DNA of 64,000 nucleotides from a candidate division TA06 bacterium 32_111 (GCA_001508335.1 LGFX01000005.1:18225-82224), one strand, 5' to 3'. Shown: positions 1 through 13,759, counted from the first letter of the stretch. Made by a program: numbers and translations. Notes: a model not told the origin generated them from the sequence alone.

Positions 1-1959
1 ATATTTAGAAAATTGGCTTTCCATTACTCAAAGAGTGAAGATCCACAAAAGGGGGCTTACTATCTTGAAAAGGTTGGTGATATAAACTCAAAATATTTTT
101 CCTACATTCAATCCGTTGAGAATTATCAGGAATCAATAAATTTCCTTGAAAAGGGAAAGATTATTGAAAAGATAATTCCAGTTGTTATTAAACTTGTAAA
201 CATATACATTAATCTTGGTTCTTTCAACAAAGCTTTGGAAATTTTGAATTCAAAGAGAGAACTCTTTTCTGAAGATGAAAATAGAGAGATAGATTATCTT
301 CTTCTTGAAGGTGTTATTTATGATAGGATGGGAGATTATTCAAAGTCTGAAGAGATATATACTGAAGCGTTAAGAAAATCTTTGGGAATTAAAAACAAAA
401 AAAGTTTAGCCAAAATTTATAACTCTTTGGGAATACTTAAATCTTTTGAAGGGAAATATGATCAATCTTTAGAATTCTACAATCTGTCATTGGATCTAAA
501 CATTAAGGAAAACAATAAAAAGGATACAGCTTCTATCTACTTAAACATAGGTAAAATATATCTTGAACAGAACAGGTTTGATGAAGCTAAAAAATATTTT
601 GAACTATCTTTCAATGTTTTCAAAGATATTGATGACAGAAGAGGGGAACTTTTTGCTCTTATAAATCTTGGAACAGTTTACGATTTAACAGGTAATTATG
701 AAAAAGCAGAAAAATTTTATAAGGATGCTCTTCAACTTGCAGGTCTTGTAAAGGATGAAATACTAAAAGCGAGAATCGAAAACAATTTAGGGAATATAAA
801 ATTTTTAACTGGTGATTATGATGATGCTATAAAAATTTATCAAAAAGCATCTTTCATATTAGAAAAGTATGAGGAATTTAAAGGTCTTTCAGAGATATAC
901 TCCAATATGGGTGAGATAAATTTTCTTTTAGGTGAATTTGACCTGTCAAGGGATTATTATGAAAAAAGTTTAAATCTTCTTGAAAAAATATCTTATAGAC
1001 ATCTTAAAACCTATACATCTTTAAACTACGCAAACCTTCTATCATTTTTAGGTTACCTCGAAGAGGCTGAAAAGATTGTTCTTGATAATAGAGATTACAT
1101 AGAAAGTAACAATCTGATTGATTTCAAAATAATTTCTTTGAATATCCTTGCTAAAATAAATGGATTAAAATCTTTTCTTGATAAGGAAACTGAACTTGTT
1201 ATTGAAGGAATAAACCTTGCGAAAAAATATGGTATAAGGGAACTTGAATACAACCTTAACTCAACCTACATAAAAACACTTATCCAATCCAATCAACTTA
1301 AAGAAGCTGAAGAGATCGCGAAAGAAGTTCTCGATTATGCTGAGAAAAATAACAACGAGATACTTGTCGCTGATATATTGGCATCACTTGCTGATATATA
1401 CATAAGAACACAAGATATGGAAAACATTTCAGAGATCTCTTCAAAATCTTTCGAGATATCTCAAAAAACTAAATCCAAACTTTCACTTTTAAGAACATAT
1501 ATTTCACTTTCAAGATTCTATCTTTTAACTGAAGATTTAACGAGTTGTGAGGATATATTAAAAGAAGCGGAAAAGATATCCGAAAAGATAGGTTCACTGG
1601 AACATATACTTATAGTGTATAAAATTTTTGATGATCTTTACTCAAAATTAAAAAATGATAAACTGAAATATATATCACTTCTAAAAGGAGTATCAAATGT
1701 TGAAAAATATATCTTGCGTGCTGGAGAAACAAATAGGGATAACCTTTTGTATAAAAGGGGCTTTATAAACTTCTATAAACATCTTTTTGATATTATGGAA
1801 AACCTGTTCGATGTTGATTTTATTAAGAATGTTTTAAAAGATTTTGATAAAAAAATTGTTGTTGAAATTTTAAAAGATTTTAATAAAATTGAAAACTATA
1901 AAGATTCTAAAACGAAAATACTTCTGAAAGAATTTGAAAAAGATGAAAAGGATATTTAA
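1..1959 (+). CDS. TPR-repeat protein, 5'-truncated (probably the C-terminal part of a cyclase/STAND ATPase-TPR protein)
   Basis: Frame 1 is open from base 1. Many TPR motifs (YNSLGIL, YLNIGKIY, LINLGTVY, ENNLGNI, YSNMGEI). The LAFHY start matches the ATPase-TPR junction of such proteins. Confidence 0.75.
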   Translation: MFRKLAFHYSKSEDPQKGAYYLEKVGDINSKYFSYIQSVENYQESINFLEKGKIIEKIIPVVIKLVNIYINLGSFNKALEILNSKRELFSEDENREIDYLLLEGVIYDRMGDYSKSEEIYTEALRKSLGIKNKKSLAKIYNSLGILKSFEGKYDQSLEFYNLSLDLNIKENNKKDTASIYLNIGKIYLEQNRFDEAKKYFELSFNVFKDIDDRRGELFALINLGTVYDLTGNYEKAEKFYKDALQLAGLVKDEILKARIENNLGNIKFLTGDYDDAIKIYQKASFILEKYEEFKGLSEIYSNMGEINFLLGEFDLSRDYYEKSLNLLEKISYRHLKTYTSLNYANLLSFLGYLEEAEKIVLDNRDYIESNNLIDFKIISLNILAKINGLKSFLDKETELVIEGINLAKKYGIRELEYNLNSTYIKTLIQSNQLKEAEEIAKEVLDYAEKNNNEILVADILASLADIYIRTQDMENISEISSKSFEISQKTKSKLSLLRTYISLSRFYLLTEDLTSCEDILKEAEKISEKIGSLEHILIVYKIFDDLYSKLKNDKLKYISLLKGVSNVEKYILRAGETNRDNLLYKRGFINFYKHLFDIMENLFDVDFIKNVLKDFDKKIVVEILKDFNKIENYKDSKTKILLKEFEKDEKDI

Positions 1960-4516
1960 TTCTAAAATAGTAAAAATCACAATTATAGTTTTAATAATTT
2001 TGTTAGTTTTATACTCTATAAGTTTTTTCCTTTTAAAAAAATTTTTAACAGAAGATAAGATAAAAAACCTTATATCTCAGAACCTTTCAAAAGCAGGTTT
2101 TCTCGTAAAGATAGAAAATCTTTCATACAACTTTGGAATTTTTAACACATCTGTTTCCTTGAATGATTTCTGGCTTGAAAATGAAATCTTTTCTTTAAAA
2201 TCTAAAAATGTTAGACTCAGTTTTAATCCTTATAGAATAATATTCAAAAAAGAGATAGATTTGAAAAGGGTTGATATTTCAGATTTTGAGATTTTTATAA
2301 AAAAGGAGAGAAAGGATAGTTTAAAAGAAATGAATGAAAAAGTTGATGAGAAAAAAGGTGGAATCGAGATATTCTCTAACATATATTTTAAAAATGGTAG
2401 TATAGTTTATGACACTTTCAATATAAAAAATCTGAAAGGTTTTTTTAAATTTTCTTACAACGAAAAGATAGATTTTGAAACCAATCTGAATTTCGATTTC
2501 TCATTCAAGGGGAACTATTTAAAAAACAATTCTATAATAGCGAAGGGTATTTTGGATTCCAATTTGAATATACAAAAGATAAATTTTAAAAACGAACTTC
2601 TTGAGGTTGATGGAAATCTTGAAAAGAAAGAAGAAGATTTAAAATACTCTTTTAGTTTTAAAACGATTTCACTTGAAAATATCGTTAACCTTTTTTATAA
2701 GAACGAAAAGTTTAAAATTCATGGTAACACTTCTGGTATTTTAAGAGGTAAACTCTCAACTAAAGATGATTTTAAAAAGCAAATCGATAGTATAATCCAA
2801 GAATTGGAATTACATTTTTCTTCTTTTGCTCTATCTTATGAAAAAGACATTCTGACTGTTTTTGAAAATTCAATTTTGAACAAACAGAGGGATAAACTTG
2901 TTTTCTTTGGAAACATTTCGTTTAATAAAGATACCATTGATGCCCAACTTACATTATCGCCACAGATGTTTTTAAACGATACACTTGATCTTGTTTTGAA
3001 TCTTGATGGAATGGACCTAAAAATCTCTGAAAGGTTTTTGAAGGATAAAAAGATTAAAATCTCAGGTAAATCTAAAATAAGTTTTAAAACTTTATGTGAT
3101 AAAAAATTTATAACAGATATAGACAGTTTGGTTTCAAAAAGTTATATAACATTCAATTCATCTACCGTTAGATTTTTTTATGATACTTTGAATTTAATTT
3201 TAAAACAGGCAGAAGTTAACTTGGATAAAGGTATTTTAAAAGGCTTTTCAAAAGTGGAGGAGGATGGAGTTACAGGTTCTGTAGCTATCTCAGGAGATTA
3301 TTTGAAAAAGATTTTTGAAATTTCAACTCTATCTACATTCCAAGTAAAAAAAATCTTGAAGAGGTATCAGGGAAGTGGGGAGTTGGATGGGAAGATCACG
3401 CTAAACCTTACAGATAAAAAAAATTCTGGGTTTTTCAGTTTAAGGTTAAAAAATCTTAAAGTTCCAAATTTGAACGATATTTTCACCCTGAACGTTCAGG
3501 ATGTTAAGTTTAAAAATTTTGCCAAGAATGTAGAGTTGAAAAATTTAAATATAGATGGGAAAAATCTTTCTGGAATTGTAAACTCTTTGAATTTTAGTTA
3601 TGGAAAAGAGATTATAAGTTTTTCAGGTGAAATTTATGCTGAATATTTGAACTATGATTCTCTTTTCGTTCAGCCAAAAAAAGTTGATCAAAAAGAAAAA
3701 TCGAAACCACCAAAGATAGATGAAAAACTTAAAGGTAATTTAAAGGTATCGGTTAAAAGATTATTTTTCAAGGATGAACTTCTTGAGAATATAATTTTGA
3801 ATGTAAAAGTTGAAAACGGTGTCTTAACCGTTGATCCACTCAATTCTAACTTTTTAAAAGGTAATCTTGGTGGTAAGTTTCTTTACGATTCTAAAAATAG
3901 TGGATACATCAACTCCAACTTTGAAGGTAAAAATGTTATTCTCGATGATTTTTTGAAAAGAAAAAAATACCTCCCATTCGATATAGGCGCAAAGGTTGAT
4001 TTGAAATCCAATTTAAATTTCTATCAGGATAAGGTGAAGGAAAGCATGAATGGGAAAATTGATGTAACAGCAAAAAACGGATGGATGCGTTTCACAGGTT
4101 TGATAGAGAAGATCTCTTCTGTTCTAAAATTGCCACTTGCAGACACCTTCTATTTCGATGATATGTATGGAGAGTTTGAGATAGATTCACAGCAGGTAAA
4201 ATTTGAAGATTTTGAAATGGAAAAAAATGGGCACAATCTACTCTATAGTGGTGTTGTTGATTTTAACAAGAATATGAATGTAAAAGGTAGATACACTATC
4301 GATATGAAAGTTGCGGATACTGGTCTTCTTGAAAAGATTTTAAAGTTAACGAACTATCCCTCTGATACCATCTATGTTGATTTTGAAATAACAGGCACAT
4401 ACTCAAAACCTAATATAAATATAAAATACAACTCTGTTGGAGATTATCTTAAAGATAGAACCAACGAATCTGTAAACCAGATGATCGAAGATTTGAAAAA
4501 TATTTTTAAAAGGTGA
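1943..4516 (+). CDS. AsmA-family protein
   Basis: N-terminal TM anchor, long beta-rich body, and an AsmA-like C-terminal region (FDDMYGEFEI...YSGVVDFNKNMNVKG...FEITGTYSKPNI). ATG 1943 preferred over TTG 1934. Confidence 0.7.
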   Translation: MKRIFNSKIVKITIIVLIILLVLYSISFFLLKKFLTEDKIKNLISQNLSKAGFLVKIENLSYNFGIFNTSVSLNDFWLENEIFSLKSKNVRLSFNPYRIIFKKEIDLKRVDISDFEIFIKKERKDSLKEMNEKVDEKKGGIEIFSNIYFKNGSIVYDTFNIKNLKGFFKFSYNEKIDFETNLNFDFSFKGNYLKNNSIIAKGILDSNLNIQKINFKNELLEVDGNLEKKEEDLKYSFSFKTISLENIVNLFYKNEKFKIHGNTSGILRGKLSTKDDFKKQIDSIIQELELHFSSFALSYEKDILTVFENSILNKQRDKLVFFGNISFNKDTIDAQLTLSPQMFLNDTLDLVLNLDGMDLKISERFLKDKKIKISGKSKISFKTLCDKKFITDIDSLVSKSYITFNSSTVRFFYDTLNLILKQAEVNLDKGILKGFSKVEEDGVTGSVAISGDYLKKIFEISTLSTFQVKKILKRYQGSGELDGKITLNLTDKKNSGFFSLRLKNLKVPNLNDIFTLNVQDVKFKNFAKNVELKNLNIDGKNLSGIVNSLNFSYGKEIISFSGEIYAEYLNYDSLFVQPKKVDQKEKSKPPKIDEKLKGNLKVSVKRLFFKDELLENIILNVKVENGVLTVDPLNSNFLKGNLGGKFLYDSKNSGYINSNFEGKNVILDDFLKRKKYLPFDIGAKVDLKSNLNFYQDKVKESMNGKIDVTAKNGWMRFTGLIEKISSVLKLPLADTFYFDDMYGEFEIDSQQVKFEDFEMEKNGHNLLYSGVVDFNKNMNVKGRYTIDMKVADTGLLEKILKLTNYPSDTIYVDFEITGTYSKPNINIKYNSVGDYLKDRTNESVNQMIEDLKNIFKR

Positions 4517-5314
4517 TCATTTTAAAAGTTTTATAGAACTGATTTTATCAAGAATGATCTCGTACCCGTACTTTTTATCATACTTCAAAAAACCCTTAAC
4601 CAAAATATTTTGATTCTTAAAATAAAGGATATTTATATTCTTTCTAAAAAATTCTTTACTTAAATTTTCAAAAATCACTATTGTAAAATTTTTATCACCT
4701 TTCAGTTTTATAAAGTAAGTATCACTCTTTTTCGATCTGTATACATCCTCTACGTAAGCTTTGAAAATTATCCACCCGTTCTCATACTTTTTATAATTTT
4801 TTACTATATCTTTGAAATCGAGAGTATCTGAGAAAGAATCTATAGAAAAAGAAGAACTTCTTATCTTTAAATATTTATTGTAGAGATATTCAAACATTGA
4901 AGAATCTGATAAATTTATATAAAAAAGACCCTTTGAATATTTTTGTGGTTGAATTGCCCTGTTACATATTATAAAACTTTTTGATGTAGAGAAAATAATA
5001 GAATAGTTTATAAGAGAATCGTCAGCAAAAAGTAAAGTATCGACGAATAAAGATAAACTATCTTTCAACGAGTATTTTTTTGATATAGAACTTTTTGAAA
5101 GTATAACAGTTATATTTAAATCATTTTTCTCTTTTAAAATATTGAGGAAATTTTTATCTGTGAAATCGGGTGAAACTATAGTTATCGCTTGTTTTGAAGA
5201 AGAAAGAAAACTTTTAAAACTATCAAAAAAATCTTTATGCTCAAAACCTATTTCGTTTGAATAAGTAAAAATGTTAATTAGAAATATGAAGAAAATAAAA
5301 AATTTTCTTTTCAT
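4517..5314 (-). CDS. Secreted protein with a degenerate PLD-like N-terminal domain and a C-terminal OB-fold
   Basis: Signal peptide; SKQAITIVSPDFTD/ITVILS resembles PLD_2 but no HKD motif is present; C-terminal VEDVY...FTIVIF...ILVKG...EIILD looks like an OB-fold. Confidence 0.45.
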   Translation of the reverse strand: MKRKFFIFFIFLINIFTYSNEIGFEHKDFFDSFKSFLSSSKQAITIVSPDFTDKNFLNILKEKNDLNITVILSKSSISKKYSLKDSLSLFVDTLLFADDSLINYSIIFSTSKSFIICNRAIQPQKYSKGLFYINLSDSSMFEYLYNKYLKIRSSSFSIDSFSDTLDFKDIVKNYKKYENGWIIFKAYVEDVYRSKKSDTYFIKLKGDKNFTIVIFENLSKEFFRKNINILYFKNQNILVKGFLKYDKKYGYEIILDKISSIKLLK

Positions 5315-6699
5315 AGAAAAATTTTATCAGGGTTAAAAATATTATCTGGGTCCAAAAGTTTTTTTATATTCCTTTGGATCTCTATCTCCTTTTCTGAAAA
5401 AACGAGTTTCATGTATTTTCTTTTATAAATACCTATACCGTGTTCACCTGATAGTTTTCCTCCGAGTTTAACAGAAATTTCCATAATTTCACTCAAAACA
5501 TTTTCTATGTTCTTTTCAAAATTTTTATCATCCTCTTTAAGTTTTAAAATGTTTATATGAACATTACCATCACCTGCATGACCAAAGGTTATTATAGGTA
5601 TTTTGTATTTTTCTTCTAAAAGGTGTAGATTTTTTATAAGTTCTGAAAGAGAGTTGATTGGAACGACCACATCCTCCCTTTCCCTTTTCACTGACATCAT
5701 AACCATAGCATCATGTAAAGATCTTCTCGCTTTCCATATCTTTTCTTGAAAGTTCTTATCCTCAGCTACAAGTATGTCAACACATCTTAGTTTTGATGAG
5801 ATAAAATCTATCTTTTCTATACTCTTATCAACTATCTCCCTATCGTACCCATCAATTCTCAAAAGTAGTTGTGCTTCCCCTTTCTGAGAAGCCATCTGGT
5901 TTCCAAGAAAATTTTTCGCAGCTTCCAAAGCCCTTTTCTCCATAAACTCTATCGTTTGTGGAAAAACTCCAGAATGGATGATCTTCACAACTGCGTTTGA
6001 AGCTTCATCTATTCTTTCGAAAGCGAGTAAAAGATCTATACTGTATTTTGGCAAAGGTAAAAGTGAAAAAGTTATCTCGGTTATAAAACCTAAAGTTCCC
6101 TCAGAACCTATAAAAATGTCCTTCATGTTGTAGCCAGTAGCATCCTTTCTAACCTTTCCACCGAATTTTAAAATTTCACCAATTGGAGTAACAATCTTTA
6201 AACCTTTAACATAATCTTTTGTTGTTCCGTATTTTACAGCAGATGGACCTCCAGAGTTTTCAGCTACATTGCCTCCTATAGAACACGAATCGAGAGATGC
6301 TGGATCAGGTGGATAAAAAAGTTCTAAACTCTCAACTTCCCTTTTAAGATCACCTGTTATTATTCCAGGTTGAGTTGTGACCATAAAATTTTCTCTATCT
6401 ACTTCGATTATTTTATCCATTAGTTCGGTTGAGATTATTATAGAAGGATAGAGAGGTATGGCTCCTCCTGAAAGGCCGGTTCCCCTTCCTCTTGGAATAA
6501 CTGGTATCTTTTCTTTGTTTGAAAATTTTATTAACTCAACTATTTCTTCTTCATTTTCTGGATGACAAACGAGTAATGGAAAGGAAAACCTATTACCTGA
6601 TTCATCTGAATAATATTTTTCAAGTAAACTTTCATCGAAAACAATTCTCTTTTCAGAAATTATATTTTTCAAACTGTTATAAATTTTTTTCCTTTCCAT
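5311..6699 (-). CDS. FAD-linked oxidase, GlcD/D-lactate dehydrogenase family
   Basis: PRGRGTGLSGGA, YPPDPAS, GGNVAENSGG, GSEGTLG, FGHAGDGNVH, SGEHGIG, NPDKIF motifs. Confidence 0.9.
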   Translation of the reverse strand: MERKKIYNSLKNIISEKRIVFDESLLEKYYSDESGNRFSFPLLVCHPENEEEIVELIKFSNKEKIPVIPRGRGTGLSGGAIPLYPSIIISTELMDKIIEVDRENFMVTTQPGIITGDLKREVESLELFYPPDPASLDSCSIGGNVAENSGGPSAVKYGTTKDYVKGLKIVTPIGEILKFGGKVRKDATGYNMKDIFIGSEGTLGFITEITFSLLPLPKYSIDLLLAFERIDEASNAVVKIIHSGVFPQTIEFMEKRALEAAKNFLGNQMASQKGEAQLLLRIDGYDREIVDKSIEKIDFISSKLRCVDILVAEDKNFQEKIWKARRSLHDAMVMMSVKREREDVVVPINSLSELIKNLHLLEEKYKIPIITFGHAGDGNVHINILKLKEDDKNFEKNIENVLSEIMEISVKLGGKLSGEHGIGIYKRKYMKLVFSEKEIEIQRNIKKLLDPDNIFNPDKIFL

Positions 6700-6705
6700 T
6701 CTTAA

Positions 6706-6733
6706 AATATATTGTCTTAAAAGTTTCTGTCAA
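6706..6733 (-). promoter_or_regulatory. sigma70-type promoter of the GlcD-like gene (leaderless)
   Basis: TTGACA-16-TATATT, then 6 nt to ATG 6699; no Shine-Dalgarno. Confidence 0.6.
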
Positions 6734-6747
6734 TAGAAGTTGTTTTG

Positions 6748-6775
6748 TTTACTTTTAAAAAAAATTATGTATAAT
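6748..6775 (+). promoter_or_regulatory. sigma70-type promoter of the receiver-dikinase gene
   Basis: TTTACT-16-TATAAT; SD GGAGGT at 6782-6787. Confidence 0.55.
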
Positions 6776-6790
6776 TTTTTCGGAGGTGTT

Positions 6791-9769
6791 ATGGAAAGGG
6801 AACCAATAGTTGAAAAGTTTATCCAATCTTACACATCCTACAAAAACAACATCGAAATCTTTCACGATCTCTCAACCTTCAAGGTAAAGGAGGTTCTTCT
6901 TGTCGCAACATTTTATGATGGTTTTATTCTTGAGGAGGAGGGAAGGTTAGCGGAAAGGATCTTTGGAGAGTACCATAAACTCTCTTTGCCTGATGCACCA
7001 AGGGTTACAAACGCAATAAACGGTGAAGAGGCATGTAACTGGCTTAAAAGGGAACATTTTGATATGGTCATTTTGACAATGAGGATAGATGGGATGTCTC
7101 CATATCAGTTAAAAGAAAAGATTAGAAGTATAAATAAAGATATCCCCATTGTGATACTTTTGAATGACAACGGAGATATACCCCTTATCAGGGAGCAGTT
7201 AAAAAAAGATAAAGATAAGGATCTCGTTTTTGTTTGGAATGGAGATTCTAAGGTTTTTCTTGCAATGATAAAATATGTTGAGGATAAAAAAAATATAGAA
7301 AGGGATACAACCATTGGTAATGTGAGGGTAATACTTCTTGTCGAGGATTCGATAAGGTATATTTCAAGGTATTTACCTATTCTTTACACTGAAATTTTAA
7401 AACAAACCCAGAGGCTGATAATACAGGAAAAACTCGATGATATGAAAAAACTTTTGCGTTTGAGGGCTCGACCGAAAATTATCATAGCAACAAATTTTGA
7501 GGATGCTGTTTTCTATTTTGAGAAGTATAAAGATAACCTTTTAACCGTAATTTCAGATATGAAATTCCCAAAAAACAATGCTACCAATTATAACGCTGGA
7601 TATGAGTTGATAAAATTTGTTAAGGAGTCGATGCCTGAATTACCATGTCTTTTACAATCTTTTGAAAAAGAGAATTTGAAAAAGGCTAAAGAGTTGAAAG
7701 TCTCTTTTATAAACAAAAACAGTGATAAATTGAGTCAGGAGTTGAGAAGTTTCATATTCAACAATCTAGGTTTCGGATCCTTCGTTTTTAAAGATAGAAA
7801 GGGAAAAGAGATAGTAAAAGCGATTAACATAGAATCTTTTAGAAAAATTCTATTAACTATTCCATCAGAGTCATTAGTTTTCCATGCCAACCTTAACCAA
7901 TTCTCTGCCTGGCTTATGGCAAGAGGTGAAATAAAAATTGCTAAAAAATTGCAAAAGTTGAAAATTTCGGATTTCAAATCTGTAGAGGATCTAAGGGAAT
8001 ATCTTATAGATATAACTTTGGATATTGATAAAGAGTCTATAAAGGGTAAGGTTGTAAAGTATTCTGAAAATTTGAAGAAGGATGAAGAGGTTATAACTCA
8101 GATTGCTGATGGAACTCTTGGAGGTAAGGGAAGGGGTATAGCTTTCGTTAACAATATTCTCCAGAATACGGACATATTTGAAACTTTTGAGAATGTTAAA
8201 GTGTCGATGCCCAAAACTATGCTTATAGGCTCTGAAGAGTTTTCAAATTTTATAGAAAGAAACAAACTCTCCCAATATATTCTTCACGAGAAAGATTATA
8301 CTAAATTAAGAAAAAAATTTTTGAAAGGGAAACTTTCAAATGAACTTATATACAAGTTGAGAAAGAAGTTGAAAAGTTTCACAAAACCAATTGCTGTTAG
8401 ATCTTCAAGTCTTTTTGAAGATTCCATATCACAATCTTTTTCAGGTGTTTTCGAAACATATATGCTTCCAAACAATGATGAAGATTTTGAAAAAAGGTTG
8501 AAAGATATTGAGGATACTATAAAACTCGTTTTTTCATCAGTTTTCTCTCCTTCAGCAAAAGCATATTTTAAGGCTATAAACTACAAGATTGAAGAAGAAA
8601 AGATGGCTGTGATTATTCAGGAAGTCGTCGGGCATACATATGGAAAATATTACTACCCTTCATTCTCTGGAGTAATGCAATCTGACAATTACTATCCCAT
8701 ATCCCATCTTAAAAGAGAGGATGGGATTTGTGAAGTAGCTGTTGGACTTGGGAAATATGTTATAGATGGTAACGATTCATTTAGATTCTGCCCCAAATAT
8801 CCTGATATAGATATAAACATAAACAACAAAACACAAAAATTCTTTTACGCTATAAATATTGAAGATAAAAAGAAGTTCAACCTTCTCGATGGTGATGGTT
8901 CAACACTTGAGAGCGTTGATATAGATTATGCAAGAAAAAATGAAAGTTTGAACTATATAGGTTCTGTTATAGAAACTTTCAGTGGAAATTTAACGGATGA
9001 TTTAAAAAAGAAAGGTCCTCTTGTTATAAACTTCAACTCTATAATAAAATATGAATATTTTCCCCTTTCAAAGATATTGAACAATATAAGTTCCATTATA
9101 AAATTCGCTATAGGTTCCCCTTGTGAAATAGAGTTCGCTGCTGATCTCAATCCTGATGAAAATGGGAAAATGAGGTTCTATATTTTGCAGATAAAACCTA
9201 TTATAAGGAAATACTCTGAAATAGATGTTGACATAGAAAGCATTCCAAGGGACAGGATAATCTTTTTCTCAGATAATGCTATGGGCAATGGGCTTTTGGA
9301 TAATATAAAGGATATAATACTTATCAATCCGGAAAAGTTCGATAGGTTAAAAAGTATCGAACTTGTTCCTAAGATAGAAGAGATAAACATAGAGTTTGGA
9401 AGGAAAGGTAAAAAATATATAATCGCTGGGCCAGGTAGATGGGGGACAAAAGATCCATTTTTAGGGATACCTGTTCTATGGTCATCAATATCCAATGTGA
9501 AAGTAATTGTTGAAATAGAGATGAAGGATATGCTAATAGAACCATCTTTAGGTTCACATTTCTTCCATAATGTTGTTACCATGAATGTTTTTTATCTTAC
9601 AATATTCAGCCAGAAGAAATCTGATTCTTTCATTGATTGGGATCTTTTATATAAGGAAAAGAATATAAAAGATCTGGGAAACAATGTATTACATATAGAA
9701 TTTGAGAAACCTCTAAAAATTTTGATAGATGGGAAAAGAGGTAAAGGTGCAATAGTTAAAAGTGATTAA
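6791..9769 (+). CDS. Receiver-domain / PPDK_N (PEP-synthase-like ATP-grasp) fusion protein
   Basis: Two REC-like domains (ILLVEDS...VISDMKFP); ATP-grasp motifs GGKGRG, AVRSSSLFEDS, MAVIIQEVVG, EIEFA, ILQIKP; C-terminal GPGRWG...GSHFFHN. No PEP-utiliser C-terminal barrel. ATG 6791 follows GGAGGT. Confidence 0.85.
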   Translation: MEREPIVEKFIQSYTSYKNNIEIFHDLSTFKVKEVLLVATFYDGFILEEEGRLAERIFGEYHKLSLPDAPRVTNAINGEEACNWLKREHFDMVILTMRIDGMSPYQLKEKIRSINKDIPIVILLNDNGDIPLIREQLKKDKDKDLVFVWNGDSKVFLAMIKYVEDKKNIERDTTIGNVRVILLVEDSIRYISRYLPILYTEILKQTQRLIIQEKLDDMKKLLRLRARPKIIIATNFEDAVFYFEKYKDNLLTVISDMKFPKNNATNYNAGYELIKFVKESMPELPCLLQSFEKENLKKAKELKVSFINKNSDKLSQELRSFIFNNLGFGSFVFKDRKGKEIVKAINIESFRKILLTIPSESLVFHANLNQFSAWLMARGEIKIAKKLQKLKISDFKSVEDLREYLIDITLDIDKESIKGKVVKYSENLKKDEEVITQIADGTLGGKGRGIAFVNNILQNTDIFETFENVKVSMPKTMLIGSEEFSNFIERNKLSQYILHEKDYTKLRKKFLKGKLSNELIYKLRKKLKSFTKPIAVRSSSLFEDSISQSFSGVFETYMLPNNDEDFEKRLKDIEDTIKLVFSSVFSPSAKAYFKAINYKIEEEKMAVIIQEVVGHTYGKYYYPSFSGVMQSDNYYPISHLKREDGICEVAVGLGKYVIDGNDSFRFCPKYPDIDININNKTQKFFYAINIEDKKKFNLLDGDGSTLESVDIDYARKNESLNYIGSVIETFSGNLTDDLKKKGPLVINFNSIIKYEYFPLSKILNNISSIIKFAIGSPCEIEFAADLNPDENGKMRFYILQIKPIIRKYSEIDVDIESIPRDRIIFFSDNAMGNGLLDNIKDIILINPEKFDRLKSIELVPKIEEINIEFGRKGKKYIIAGPGRWGTKDPFLGIPVLWSSISNVKVIVEIEMKDMLIEPSLGSHFFHNVVTMNVFYLTIFSQKKSDSFIDWDLLYKEKNIKDLGNNVLHIEFEKPLKILIDGKRGKGAIVKSD

Positions 9770-9773
9770 CCCC

Positions 9774-9801
9774 TTGACAAAAATTCCTCATATGTTTTAA
9801 T
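9774..9801 (+). promoter_or_regulatory. sigma70-type promoter of nfnAB
   Basis: TTGACA-16-TTTAAT with extended TG; SD AGGAGG before ATG 9823. Confidence 0.55.
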
Positions 9802-9822
9802 TTTTATAATTAAGGAGGAATT

Positions 9823-10650
9823 ATGTACCAAATACTTGAACATCAAAAAATTGGGCAAAATATCCACAAACTGGTGATAAAAGCACCATTGATAGCAAGA
9901 GAAGCAAAACCAGGTCAATTCGTAATACTCAGATCTTATGAAAATGGGGAGAGAATACCCATAACTATCTGTGATAAGGATAAAGAAAGGGGAAGTATTA
10001 CTCTCTATATACAAGAGGTGGGGAAATCTACCGCAAAGATTGGGAGTTTAAAAGAGAACGATTACATTGTTGATGTTGTTGGACCTCTTGGAAAAGCTGC
10101 AAACATTGAAAAGGTGGGAACAGTTGTTACGGTAGGTGGTGGAGTTGGTTGTGCGATCACATATCCTGAAACCAAAGCTTACAAAGAAGTTGGGAATTAT
10201 GTTATTTCTATTATGGGTTTTAGAAATGTTTCCTTCAAAATACTTGAAGACGAGATGAAAAGTATCAGTGATGAACTTTACATAACAACGGATGATGGTT
10301 CTTATGGTGAGAAAGGATTTGTATCCGATAAGTTGAAAGAACTAATAAATAAGGGTAAAAAAATAGATGAGGTTCTTGTGATCGGTCCTGCTATTATGAT
10401 GAAAGTAGTTTCAGATATTACAAAAGAGTATGGAATAAAAACTATAGCATCTTTAAACTCTATAATGGTTGATGGAACTGGAATGTGCGGTGCATGCAGA
10501 ATTGAAGTTGGTGGAAAGACAAAATTTGCATGTGTTGATGGTCCAGAGTTCGATGCTCATCAGGTAGATTTTTCACTTTTGATGAAGAGGTTATCCATGT
10601 ATAAGGATGAAGAAAAACTCTCATATGAAAAGTTTATAAACGAGAGGTGA
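9823..10650 (+). CDS. nfnA: NfnA/SudB-like FAD/[2Fe-2S] subunit of electron-bifurcating transhydrogenase
   Basis: KPGQFVILR, ERIPITI, VGPLG, GGGVG, and MVDGTGMCGACR...CVDGPEFD (Asp/Cys 2Fe-2S ligands); adjacent to a GltD-like gene. Confidence 0.85.
   Translation: MYQILEHQKIGQNIHKLVIKAPLIAREAKPGQFVILRSYENGERIPITICDKDKERGSITLYIQEVGKSTAKIGSLKENDYIVDVVGPLGKAANIEKVGTVVTVGGGVGCAITYPETKAYKEVGNYVISIMGFRNVSFKILEDEMKSISDELYITTDDGSYGEKGFVSDKLKELINKGKKIDEVLVIGPAIMMKVVSDITKEYGIKTIASLNSIMVDGTGMCGACRIEVGGKTKFACVDGPEFDAHQVDFSLLMKRLSMYKDEEKLSYEKFINER

Positions 10651-13759
<3,109 letters not shown>

Noticed and set aside
9782-9822. AATTCCTC/GAGGAATT pairing that could mask the nfnA SD
   Set aside because: Only 8 bp, and the 5' arm lies in the promoter spacer, upstream of the probable TSS.
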